Positions 9,516 to 18,361 of a stretch of 64,000 nucleotides of DNA are shown one piece after another (within the stretch, counting starts at the first letter, position 1; each line of letters begins with the position of its first letter). The stretch spans positions 3,264,001-3,328,000 of the forward strand of contig CBDASK010000003.1 in assembly GCA_965199495.1 (NCBI GenBank), written 5' to 3'. The position numbers and the translations under genes were made by a program. The DNA is from Abditibacterium sp. Lineage in GTDB: Bacteria > Armatimonadota > Abditibacteriia > Abditibacteriales > Abditibacteriaceae. The notes beneath the pieces were generated by a model that was not told the DNA's origin, searched no databases, and was given only the letters and a program-made list of their open reading frames with translations.

Positions 9516-10127
9516 ATGACAAGACTCGATGGCGAAAAGAAATCGCCCTTGCCCTGGATTATCGGGCTGATCGTTTTGGCGCTCCTCGCGGCGGCCATTT
9601 ACTATCTCACGGCTAACAAAACGAATAATACCGCCGTTGACGTGAATAGCCCGGCTATGCCAAGCAATTCGCCCAGCGCGATGGGCGATGCCAATACGGC
9701 TAATGCCAACGCCACCGATGCCAATGCGTTAGATTTCAACGCGACCGACACCAATATGGCCGATTCCAACGCGATGGCCGATAACAGCGCGATGAGCGAT
9801 TCCAATGCGATGGATTCCAATAGCGCGATGATGGACAATGCAGCCACGTCGGATTCCAACAGCGCGATGTCGGACAACTCGGCCATGTCGGACACCAACA
9901 GTGCGATGTCGGACAACTCGGCGGCCAACATGGCGATGCCGGGCGTGACGCCGGTGGCTGGTAATGCGAAGCCAGATGGCAACGGCGTTGTTGCTACGCG
10001 TTCCAAAACCATCGAAACCAAAAATGCGATTGTGACTTATAAGAAGTCGGTCAAAGAAGACGGTTCTTTGATGCACGATAAAACCATCGTTTCCAAACCG
10101 GTCGAGCAAGCCAAGAAAATGCAATAG
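9516..10127 (+). CDS. Membrane-anchored low-complexity protein with DSNAM/DNSAM repeats
   Basis: MTRLDGEKKSPLPWIIG TM anchor then about 10 Asp-Ser-Asn-Ala-Met repeats; followed by a terminator. Confidence 0.8.
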   Translation: MTRLDGEKKSPLPWIIGLIVLALLAAAIYYLTANKTNNTAVDVNSPAMPSNSPSAMGDANTANANATDANALDFNATDTNMADSNAMADNSAMSDSNAMDSNSAMMDNAATSDSNSAMSDNSAMSDTNSAMSDNSAANMAMPGVTPVAGNAKPDGNGVVATRSKTIETKNAIVTYKKSVKEDGSLMHDKTIVSKPVEQAKKMQ

Positions 10128-10140
10128 TTGCACATATCCA

Positions 10141-10175
10141 GAAAGCGCGCGGATTGTCCGCGCGCTTTCTGTTTG
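10141..10175 (+). terminator. Intrinsic terminator
   Basis: GAAAGCGCGCGGA-TTG-TCCGCGCGCTTTC. Confidence 0.7.
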
Positions 10176-10246
10176 AAATTTTCGGCACCAAACCCGCAAA
10201 CCTAATTTAAAACGTAAAACCCAAAATTAAAAACCCACCAAACATC

Positions 10247-11824
10247 ATGCGTAAAGGCCACACAATTACTGGACTTCAAGTTTTAGCACTCGATAACGCC
10301 GCCGATTTGGGGCATGTGCTCGATCTTGTTTTTGATCACGATGCCGATGAATGTTTAGGCATTCTGCTGCGCGAACACAGTATGTTTCACGCCGCCCAAG
10401 TCGTGCCGTGGAGCGAAATTCGTTCGATTGGCAAAGATGCCGTTATGATCGAAAGCGAACATTCGGTCATGGCGCCGGGCGACGATGCGCGCTTGAGCGC
10501 GGTCATGGAGCGCGACACCCATCTTTCCGGCACCAAAATCCTCACCGAAACCGGCGACCAAATCGGCTCATTTTCCGATATTTATCTGGACGAAAACACC
10601 GGGCGCGTCATCGGCTACGAAACTTCGGGCGGTCTGGTTTCGGACACGATGAGCGGCAAGCGTTTCATTCCCGCCGAAAAAACTGGCGATTTGCGCGTCG
10701 GCAACGATGTGTTGATGGCCGATCCGCAAATCGCCAGCGACTTCGAGCGTCAGGCTCAAGAAGAGCCGGGCGGCATCAAAGGCGCATTACAAAGTGCGAC
10801 GGATAAAGTCAGCGATACCTATCACAACGTCGCTGACGCTTCGGTTGATAAACAGAAAGAGTTCGTCGTCGGCAAACAGGCCGGGCGCGATGTTTATTTG
10901 CCCGCGCCGACGGGCGAAGCGATGTCCACTATCAACGAAGATCAGGCGATGGTCAAAGTTGGCGATGCCAATCTCGATCACGGGCCGTTGTTGGTGGCCA
11001 AAGGCGAGACAATTACCGCCGATCAGGCCGATACCGCGACCAACGCGGGCGTTTTGGGCACGCTTGTCACCGCCGCCGGTGGCGGCGTCGCGGGCAATTT
11101 GCTGGGCAGCGCGCAGGATAAATTGGGCGGCGCCAGAGACAGCGCGCAAGACAAGCTCGGCCAAGCGCAGGGAAGCGCCGCCGCACGCGGCAGTGATACG
11201 CAAGAGAATTTGCTGCAAAAAGTGGTTGGCCAACCCGCCGGAACCGATGTCGATTTGAAAGATGGCTCCACTTTGGTCGCGGCAGGCATGACGATTACGC
11301 AGGAAATTGTGAATCGCTCGAAAACCGTGGGTAAAGAAAAAGAGGTCATCGCTTCGGCGGGTTTGGGCACGGCTTCGGTCAAGGCGCAGGACACCTACGA
11401 TGCCGCCGCCGCCAAAGCGGGCGACGCGTGGGATTCTGTCAAGGGCACAACCGCCGATTTGACCGACAGCGCCAAGCAGAAGAAAAGCGAATTGGACGAC
11501 GCCGCGCAAAAGCGTAAAATCAATCACGCGCTGGGCCGCCCCATCACGCGCATTGTGTTGGCGCAGGATGACACCGTGATTCTCAATACGGGCGACATCA
11601 TCACGCACAAAGCGATTCGCATGGGCCGCGACAACGGCGTGATGGATGTGATTCTCGATTCGGTTTACGACCAAGAACCCGACATCACGCCCGAAATGGC
11701 GCGCGCGACGCAACCCGGCGCGGCGGCGCTGCCATCGCAAGCGCAACCGACGGGACATCCTATAACCGCCACCGTTTCGCCCGACCAGCCCTCGCAAGAT
11801 CAGCCGTCGCAGGGCGAGCGTTAA
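10247..11824 (+). CDS. PRC-barrel domain protein with hydrophilic helical repeats
   Basis: Two PRC-like units (IRSIGKDAVMI; GTKILTETGDQIGSFSDIYLDENTGRVIGYE), Ala/Asp/Lys/Gln-rich tail. Confidence 0.85.
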   Translation: MRKGHTITGLQVLALDNAADLGHVLDLVFDHDADECLGILLREHSMFHAAQVVPWSEIRSIGKDAVMIESEHSVMAPGDDARLSAVMERDTHLSGTKILTETGDQIGSFSDIYLDENTGRVIGYETSGGLVSDTMSGKRFIPAEKTGDLRVGNDVLMADPQIASDFERQAQEEPGGIKGALQSATDKVSDTYHNVADASVDKQKEFVVGKQAGRDVYLPAPTGEAMSTINEDQAMVKVGDANLDHGPLLVAKGETITADQADTATNAGVLGTLVTAAGGGVAGNLLGSAQDKLGGARDSAQDKLGQAQGSAAARGSDTQENLLQKVVGQPAGTDVDLKDGSTLVAAGMTITQEIVNRSKTVGKEKEVIASAGLGTASVKAQDTYDAAAAKAGDAWDSVKGTTADLTDSAKQKKSELDDAAQKRKINHALGRPITRIVLAQDDTVILNTGDIITHKAIRMGRDNGVMDVILDSVYDQEPDITPEMARATQPGAAALPSQAQPTGHPITATVSPDQPSQDQPSQGER

Positions 11825-11838
11825 GAGGAAATTGTTGG

Positions 11839-11880
11839 AAACAAATCGCCGCGCGTGCAAACGCGCGGCGATTTGTTTTT
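11839..11880 (+). terminator. Intrinsic terminator
   Basis: AAACAAATCGCCGCGCGT...ACGCGCGGCGATTTGTTTTT. Confidence 0.75.
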
Positions 11881-11909
11881 ACGCGCCGGTATATAACCCC
11901 TGATGACGC

Positions 11910-12010
11910 AGAGTCTACACTGGCGGGGCTGACGCCTCTTTCCAATCAGCGATCTTTCTTCGCTCTTACGCTGATTGGAAGAAGGCGTCAGCCCCGCCAG
12001 TGTAGACTCT
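11910..12010. repeat. Palindromic element, family C (GGCGGGGCTGACGCCTCTTTCCAATC)
   Basis: Inverted arms; related copies at 20016-20103 and 47101-47175. Confidence 0.85.
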
Positions 12011-12064
12011 CCCTGAGAAGGTCTCTTATGCGTCCGTCGCCCAATTCGGTTACTATTTAAATCC

Positions 12065-13081
12065 GTGATTTTAAATTATTGTAACCCGGTCTGCCCGGAG
12101 TATTTCGCCGATCCATTCGCCCTGAAGCACGACGATTGGTATTATGCCTATGGAACTTCGGGAGCCGAGAGCGACAACAGCGCGTTTCCCGTGACGCGTT
12201 CGCGCGATTTGACGAGTTGGGAGCCGTTGGGCACTGCGCTGCAAGTCGAAGCGCAGTTTTGTGGCGGCGCGCATTGGGCGCCCGAAGTCGCGTTTCGCGA
12301 GGGCGTTTTCTGGATGTATTATTCGGCGGCACCAGCCACGGCGAACCGCGACAACGATGCCGACGATGCCAATCATCGTTTGCGCGTGGCGCGCGCGGAC
12401 AATCCCGTCGGCCCGTTTCGCGATTGCGGCGTTTATGTGGCGCCTGATGAAAAATTCTCGATTGACGCCCATCCGTTTCGCGACCCGCAAACCGGCGACT
12501 GGTATCTGTTTTTCGCCAAAGATTTCTTCGACGAACGCGTCGGCACCGCTATCGTTGTGGCGCGCCTGGGCGACGATATGACGAGTCTGGCGAGCGAAGT
12601 TCAGACCGCCGTGCGTCCGTCGGGCGACTGGCAAATCTACGAGCGCGACCGTTTTATTTATGGCAAAACCTGGGACGCGTGGCACACGGTCGAAGGGCCG
12701 TTCGTGGTTTTTCGCGAGGGACTTTATTACTGTTTTTATTCGGGCGGCGCGTGGCACGGCGACGATTATGGCGTGAGCTACGCCGTGGCTGCTCATCCGC
12801 TGGGGCCGTGGGAAAACGCGCCGCAAGATGACCCGGTTGTGCTGCGCGGCGTGCCCGGCAAAGTGATCGGGCCGGGCCACAATTCGGTCGTTGTCGGGCC
12901 GGACGATCAAACGTTATTTTGCGTTTATCACGCTTGGGACGCGGCTAAAACCGCGCGCCGTTTGTGCATTGATCCATTGGTGTGGGAGCAAAACGAAGGC
13001 GCCGTCGGGCCGCACGTTTTGGGGCCGACTTTTACGGAGCAAACGTTGGAATTGCCGATTCAATTGCCTCTTGCGATATAA
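12065..13081 (+). CDS. Glycoside hydrolase family 43
   Basis: FADPF, WAPEV, IDAHPF, VEGPF, GPGHNS motifs. Confidence 0.92.
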   Translation: MILNYCNPVCPEYFADPFALKHDDWYYAYGTSGAESDNSAFPVTRSRDLTSWEPLGTALQVEAQFCGGAHWAPEVAFREGVFWMYYSAAPATANRDNDADDANHRLRVARADNPVGPFRDCGVYVAPDEKFSIDAHPFRDPQTGDWYLFFAKDFFDERVGTAIVVARLGDDMTSLASEVQTAVRPSGDWQIYERDRFIYGKTWDAWHTVEGPFVVFREGLYYCFYSGGAWHGDDYGVSYAVAAHPLGPWENAPQDDPVVLRGVPGKVIGPGHNSVVVGPDDQTLFCVYHAWDAAKTARRLCIDPLVWEQNEGAVGPHVLGPTFTEQTLELPIQLPLAI

Positions 13082-13178
13082 AATCGCAGCCAAGAAAGTG
13101 GTCGGCTTTCGCCGACAGGTAGAACTTGCTTATGTCGGCGAAGGCCGACCACTTTCTTGGCTGCGATTTTATATCGCA
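13072..13178. repeat. Long palindromic element, family D
   Basis: TGCGATATAAAATCGCAGCCAAGAAAGTGGTCGGC... near-perfect 45-bp arms overlapping the GH43 stop codon. Confidence 0.85.
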
Positions 13179-13229
13179 TCTCATCTTTGCGTTCTCGTTT
13201 GGCGCGTCGCTTGCGAATAAATTTCCCTA

Positions 13230-14246
13230 ATGAATTTAACTCCCGATTCCGCGCTTTCTCACGCGCCCGATGACGCGTCCAAAGGCAACGCTCGCACCCT
13301 CGCGAATCCGGCCAAATGGAAAAGTATTGGCGCTTTCGATTCCGACGAGGGCGAAGTCGTCTGGGGCGAAATTACCGGTTCGGGCGGCGGCGTTTATCAC
13401 ACGCGCGTCGAAATTGACGAACCGGCGTTTCGCTGCACCTGCCCCTCGCGCAAATTGCCCTGCAAACATGGGCTTGGGCTTTTGCTGTTGCGCGCCCAAG
13501 ACCCCGGCGCCTTCAAGGCGCCGCCGCCCGAATGGGCGTTGGACGAAGTCGCCGAAGTTGACGTTCAAGGTCTCGAATTGCCCGCCGCGTGGCAAAATGT
13601 TTTGGGCGGCGAAACCCAGAAATTTTACTTCAAAGAATTGGAAAAATTCGTTTCGCAGGAGCGCCACAAACACACGGTTTACCCGCCCATCGGCCAGGAG
13701 TTCGCCGCCCTCGATGCGGTCGCGCCCAAAAACGTGAAAGTTTTCATTCTGGGCCAAGACCCTTATCACGGGCCGGGGCAGGCGCACGGCATGGCGTTTT
13801 CGGTGCGGCCCGGCGTGGCTCCTCCTCCGTCGCTGGGCAATATCTTCCGCGAACTGCGCGACGATTTGGCGATTCCCCTGCCGCACAACGGCTATCTGAT
13901 GGGCTGGGCGCGGCAGGGCGTTTTGCTGCTCAACGCGGTTTTGACCGTCAGGCGCAGCGAGGCCAATTCGCACAAAAGCCAGGGTTGGGAAAAGTTCACC
14001 GACGCCGTTATTAAAGCGGTCAGCGACGGCGATGATCCGGTTGTTTTCGTGTTGTGGGGCAACTACGCGCAGAAGAAAGAAAAGCTGATTGACGCCGACA
14101 AACACACGATCATCAAATCGGCGCATCCCTCGCCGCTATCGGCGCATAACGGATTTTTCGGCTCCAAACCATTTTCCAAAATTAACGATGCGTTGGAAAA
14201 AGAAGGCCGCAAACCGATTGATTGGTCGAATTTCGAGGAAGAATAA
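13230..14246 (+). CDS. ung: Uracil-DNA glycosylase (family 1) with N-terminal SWIM zinc-finger domain
   Basis: GQDPYH, PPSLGNIF, VLLLN, HPSPLS; N-terminal CTCPSRKLPCKH. Confidence 0.92.
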   Translation: MNLTPDSALSHAPDDASKGNARTLANPAKWKSIGAFDSDEGEVVWGEITGSGGGVYHTRVEIDEPAFRCTCPSRKLPCKHGLGLLLLRAQDPGAFKAPPPEWALDEVAEVDVQGLELPAAWQNVLGGETQKFYFKELEKFVSQERHKHTVYPPIGQEFAALDAVAPKNVKVFILGQDPYHGPGQAHGMAFSVRPGVAPPPSLGNIFRELRDDLAIPLPHNGYLMGWARQGVLLLNAVLTVRRSEANSHKSQGWEKFTDAVIKAVSDGDDPVVFVLWGNYAQKKEKLIDADKHTIIKSAHPSPLSAHNGFFGSKPFSKINDALEKEGRKPIDWSNFEEE

Positions 14247-14287
14247 GTAGTGGCTTTCTTCAAAGTGGTTTGGAGTAAGCACGTAAT

Positions 14288-15354
14288 TGTCAAGTCCCAT
14301 GAGGTTGTAAACGGTAAGCGAGCAATTCGGTTGGGTCTTTGCGAAAGAGTTCGGGCTGTTTTTGGTGCCAGTTGCAGACGGCCTGATAAGGCGTGATGCG
14401 TCCGATCTGGCGGTGGCTGCGGCTGAAGTTGTAGAAGACAAACCAACGATGAAGATCGTCCTTCATCTCCTGTGCGTTGTCGTAGATCTGGCGTTTGGTC
14501 GTGCCTTCTTTGATTAGACCGTTGGCCCGTTCCACCATTCCATTGGTTTTGGGCGTGTAAGGCCGTGTTTGGCGGTGTTCGATTGCGTTGTCATGGCAGA
14601 TCTGGGTGAAGAGCGAGAGCTTTTTGGCGCGGTCGTAGCGATTGCGGAAAGTATTGAGGGTGAACTCGCGCCCGTTGTCGGTGAGTATCTTCTCGATTGT
14701 AAACGGGAAGAACTGCAGACAGCGCCGCAGAAAGTGCGTGGCTGCGTCGCCGTTGCGGGTGGGGTAAACCGCCAGATAGAGCAGACGAGTGGCGCGGTCG
14801 ATGGCCACATAGCAATAATACTTCTGTCCGCCCAGTTTGGGCAAGTAGAAGCAGTCGATGTGCAAAAAGCCGGGGCCGTATTCTTTGAATGTGCCCCGGT
14901 GTCCCGTGGGCTGTTGCTCCTTTTTGGGTAAGCGGCTGCAGCCGTTGCGGCGCAGCAGACGGTGCAAACTCGAACGGCGCAGATGCGGCATGAGCGGCGC
15001 CATGGCGTCGAAGAGGTCATCGAGCGAGAGTTCGCCCGTTTGCCGCAGCCACAGCAGTAGAGATTCTTCCTCTTCTTGCAGAGCGTAATGAATGTTGTCC
15101 GGGCGGCACGAGCGGTCAAAGCGATCTTCTCGATGCGTCCACTTGTGAACGGTGGCGAGGGAGACGCCCAGATTGTGGGCTAATGTGCGCATCGTTTGTG
15201 TGCTATTGCGGATAAGTTGGCGTTGCCGGGGGCAAGTCGCTGCGTTAGAATGAAGTTGCATTCGGTGGGGTTCCTTTGCTTGGTCGCTAAGAAAGCCTAC
15301 CGGATGTCACTCGCTTTTACCTCCTTTCTGTTCAGTTTGTGGTGGGACTCGACA
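14288..15354 (-). mobile_element. IS481-family insertion sequence (1067 bp)
   Basis: Termini TGTCAAGTCCCA / TGGGACTCGACA (TGT...ACA), flanking 6-mers CGTAAT / CGTAAG, one transposase ORF. Confidence 0.9.
14290..15261 (-). CDS. IS481-family DDE transposase
   Basis: MQLHSNAAT HTH N-terminus; LHID, LTDNGREF, TRPYTPKTNGMVER integrase core. Confidence 0.93.
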   Translation of the reverse strand: MQLHSNAATCPRQRQLIRNSTQTMRTLAHNLGVSLATVHKWTHREDRFDRSCRPDNIHYALQEEEESLLLWLRQTGELSLDDLFDAMAPLMPHLRRSSLHRLLRRNGCSRLPKKEQQPTGHRGTFKEYGPGFLHIDCFYLPKLGGQKYYCYVAIDRATRLLYLAVYPTRNGDAATHFLRRCLQFFPFTIEKILTDNGREFTLNTFRNRYDRAKKLSLFTQICHDNAIEHRQTRPYTPKTNGMVERANGLIKEGTTKRQIYDNAQEMKDDLHRWFVFYNFSRSHRQIGRITPYQAVCNWHQKQPELFRKDPTELLAYRLQPHGT

Positions 15355-15546
15355 CGTAAGTGCCTCCAAGCATCAGTTTTCATTTACAATTCAGCAAGAT
15401 CATCCGTTGGAGGCACTTACGTGCCCACTCCAAACCACTTTGAAGAAAGCCACTACCGAAGAATAGAGCATTGTTTGACGTTGGCTTTACAGCATTTCGC
15501 GAATTTCGGTCACACACGCGCGCTCAACTCGGCAAAACTGAGGGCA

Positions 15547-16338
15547 ATGAACCTTCAACCTTATCTCGATTTTACCGTTGAACTGGCGCAGGCCAGCGCC
15601 GAGGTGATCGTGCCGCTGTTTGGCCAACGCGAGTGCGGCCTCGAAATCAAAGCCGACGATTCGCCCGTCACCATCGCCGACCGCGAATCGGAGCGCGTGA
15701 TGCGCGCGATGATTAACGCGAAATTTCCCAATCACGGCATTATCGGCGAAGAGTTCGGATCCCAAAACGTCGAATCCGAATGGGTCTGGGTGCTCGATCC
15801 CGTGGATGGCACGCGCTCGTTTGTCGCGGGCATTCCGCTTTTTGGCACTTTGATTGGCTTGCTGCACAACGGCAAACCAGTCGTCGGTTGCGTCAATCAA
15901 CCGATTTTACGGCAGTTGCTCATCGGCGATAACCATACGGCCACGCTCAACGGCGAAACGGTGCGCGCCAGCTCGAACGATGATTTGAGTTGCGCGCTGT
16001 TGCTGACGACTGACCCGCTTCGTCCGGCGAATTGTCACTGCGGCGAGCGCTGGGGCCAATTGGCGTGCGAAGTCGGCACGGTGCGCACCTGGGGCGATTG
16101 CTATGGGTTTCTCATGGTCGCCACGGGCCGCGCCGACATGATGATTGACACGCGCATGGCAGCGTGGGATATTTTGCCGATTGTGCCGTGTTTGCGCGGC
16201 GCTGGCGCGCAAATCTCGTCTTGGGACGGCTCGCCGATGCTCGACTTTGAACCGTCGCATTTGGAGGGCAAACCCTATTCGTGCGTGGCGACGGCGCCCG
16301 CGCTGCACGCGCGGGTCTTGGAACTGTTGAACAGCTAA
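15547..16338 (+). CDS. hisN: Inositol monophosphatase family, probable histidinol-phosphatase
   Basis: KADDSPVTIADRESE, GEE, WVLDPVDGT, WGDCYG, WD; ATG at 15547. Confidence 0.8.
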   Translation: MNLQPYLDFTVELAQASAEVIVPLFGQRECGLEIKADDSPVTIADRESERVMRAMINAKFPNHGIIGEEFGSQNVESEWVWVLDPVDGTRSFVAGIPLFGTLIGLLHNGKPVVGCVNQPILRQLLIGDNHTATLNGETVRASSNDDLSCALLLTTDPLRPANCHCGERWGQLACEVGTVRTWGDCYGFLMVATGRADMMIDTRMAAWDILPIVPCLRGAGAQISSWDGSPMLDFEPSHLEGKPYSCVATAPALHARVLELLNS

Positions 16339-16429
16339 ATAAACGCGCCAAAAGTTGCCTCAAGGCGCCGCGCGTGATAACTTATTCATGCTCCGGCGCG
16401 GCTTGAAAAGCGCGCATAGAACATCTCTT

Positions 16430-16912
16430 ATGGCGGAACCCCAAGAAATTGACTGGCCCGCGCAGGTCGCGTATTTGCGCGAATTGGCGCGCATCGTTCA
16501 CGACGAAAAACTCTCGCGGCTCGACATCGAAAGCGACGGCATGACGTGGACGCTCAAAGCTGCGCCGACGGCCATCGCGCAAGTCGTTGCGGTTGAAGCG
16601 GGCGCGCCCGTGGCTGCCATGGCTAACAGCGTTGCTCCGGTCAGTGCGGCAGCGACTCCAGCAGCCACGCTGGAGTTGACGCCGTTGCCGTCGCCGATGG
16701 TGGGCGTATTTTATCACGCGCCTTCGCCCGGCGAACCCAACTTTGTCGAAATCGGTGATCGCGTGGAACGCGGCCAAACTATCGGCATGATTGAGGCGAT
16801 GAAAGTTTTTAACGAAATCACCGCCGAAGCGAGCGGAACTCTGGTGGAAATTCCGGTGGGCAACGGCCAACTCGTCGAAACCGGCATGCCGTTGATGCTA
16901 CTGAAAGGCTAA
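16430..16912 (+). CDS. accB: Acetyl-CoA carboxylase biotin carboxyl carrier protein
   Basis: SPMVGVFY, IEAMKVFNEI biotinylation motif, Ala/Pro linker. Confidence 0.93.
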   Translation: MAEPQEIDWPAQVAYLRELARIVHDEKLSRLDIESDGMTWTLKAAPTAIAQVVAVEAGAPVAAMANSVAPVSAAATPAATLELTPLPSPMVGVFYHAPSPGEPNFVEIGDRVERGQTIGMIEAMKVFNEITAEASGTLVEIPVGNGQLVETGMPLMLLKG

Positions 16913-16916
16913 TTCA

Positions 16917-17016
16917 GGAGACGAGGGAAACAGGAGACAAGGGAAACAGGAGTTGCGGGACGCGTTGAGTTTGCAGGTGTCCCATCTTCTGTCTCCCTCG
17001 TCTCCCTCGTCTCCTT
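16917..17016. repeat. Purine/pyrimidine short-unit inverted repeat (GGAGACGAGGGAAAC / TCTCCCTCG units)
   Basis: Tandem short units mirrored across a spacer between accB and hom. Confidence 0.7.
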
Positions 17017-17023
17017 CCCCATT

Positions 17024-18322
17024 ATGTCCCCAATTAACGTCGGAATTATCGGCCTTGGAACTGTTGGCGGCGGCGCCTTCCAAATCCTCGAACGCAACGC
17101 CGCGCGCATTCAGGCGCGCGTGGGCGCGCCCATTCGCCTGAAGCGCGTCGCCACGCGCACGCCGCAACGCGCCCTGGACGCGGGCATTGACGCCGCCATC
17201 GTGTCCGACGATGTCGAAGCGCTCCTCAACGACGATTCGATTGACATCGTCGCCGAACTTATCGGCGGCATCGAACCGGCGCGCAGCTATATTTTGCGCG
17301 CGCTTGAGAGCGGCAAATCGGTCGTCACGGCCAACAAAGAACTCATCGCCAAACACGGGACGGAAATCCGCGCCGCCGCCGAACGCGCGGGCGTTGACGT
17401 GTTATTTGAAGGCTCGGTCGGTGCGGGCATTCCCTTGATTAAATCGCTGCGCGAAAGTTTGGCGGGCAACGAGATTAGCGAAGTTTTGGGCATTTTGAAC
17501 GGCACGACCAATTTCATCCTGACCAAAATGACGCAGGAAGGCGCCGATTTCGGCGAAGTTTTGGCCGAAGCCCAGAAGTTGGGCTACGCCGAAGCCGACT
17601 CGACGGCGGATGTGGACGGTTTCGATACGATGTATAAGCTGGCGATTTTAGCGGGCATCTGTTTCGATACGCCCGTTGACATCGGCGATATTTATCGCGA
17701 GGGCATTCGCGGCGTCAGCGCACGCGATATTGATTACGCGACCGAATTGGGCTACGTTATCAAGTTAATCGCGCTGGGCCGCCGCGATCCCGACGGGCGT
17801 TTGGAACTGCGCGTGCATCCGACGTTGTTGCCACACTCGCACCCGCTCGCGAGCGTCAACGACAGTTTCAACGCGGTCTGGGTGCGCGGCGATGCCGTGG
17901 GCGACGTGATGTTTTACGGACGCGGCGCGGGCGATTTGCCCACCGGCAGCGCCGTCGTGGCTGATATTATCGAGGCCGCGCGCAACCGCGCCCGCAACAT
18001 TCGCACGCCCGATCATTCGCCCGAAGAAAAAGCGTGTATTCAACCGTTCGAGAACGCCTACACGCGCTTTTGTGTGCGGATGCAGGTCGGCGATTTGCCC
18101 GGCACCATCGCCCAGATCGCCGGAGTTTTCGGCGCGGCGGGCGTTTCTATCGAAAGCATCGTGCAGCGCCATCGCGACCGCGACAGCGCGGGCGGTTTCG
18201 CCGAAATTTTCTGGATGATGCACCACTCCACGCAAAGCGCGATGAACGATTCGCTCGAAGAACTGAAAAAGTTGGATGTCGTGCGCGAAGTCTCCAGCGT
18301 TTTGCGCGTCGAAGGCGAGTAA
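17024..18322 (+). CDS. hom: Homoserine dehydrogenase with ACT domain
   Basis: GLGTVGGG, VVTANK, ILNGTTNFIL, GRGAG; C-terminal ACT. Confidence 0.95.
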   Translation: MSPINVGIIGLGTVGGGAFQILERNAARIQARVGAPIRLKRVATRTPQRALDAGIDAAIVSDDVEALLNDDSIDIVAELIGGIEPARSYILRALESGKSVVTANKELIAKHGTEIRAAAERAGVDVLFEGSVGAGIPLIKSLRESLAGNEISEVLGILNGTTNFILTKMTQEGADFGEVLAEAQKLGYAEADSTADVDGFDTMYKLAILAGICFDTPVDIGDIYREGIRGVSARDIDYATELGYVIKLIALGRRDPDGRLELRVHPTLLPHSHPLASVNDSFNAVWVRGDAVGDVMFYGRGAGDLPTGSAVVADIIEAARNRARNIRTPDHSPEEKACIQPFENAYTRFCVRMQVGDLPGTIAQIAGVFGAAGVSIESIVQRHRDRDSAGGFAEIFWMMHHSTQSAMNDSLEELKKLDVVREVSSVLRVEGE

Positions 18323-18361
18323 TTGCGCCCAACGCGCGTTCGTGGCATCCTGTGAAGCGAA

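Larger units (their letters stand above)
14247..15456. repeat. GTAG-type REPIN, family E, interrupted by the IS
   Basis: GTAGTGGCTTTCTTCAAAGTGGTTTGGAGT at 14247 and its reverse complement ending at 15456. Confidence 0.85.

Noticed and set aside
9700..9930. Tandem repeats resembling a CRISPR array
   Set aside because: Degenerate in-frame 18-21 bp coding repeats with no unique spacers and no cas genes.
8289..11860. Long antisense ORFs (8289-9245, 10787-11860 and similar elsewhere)
   Set aside because: Shadow frames of real genes, expected in GC-rich DNA, with no recognisable motifs.
15196..15546. N-terminal extension of the hisN ORF in the ORF track
   Set aside because: It runs through the IS end and REPIN; family similarity starts at ATG 15547.
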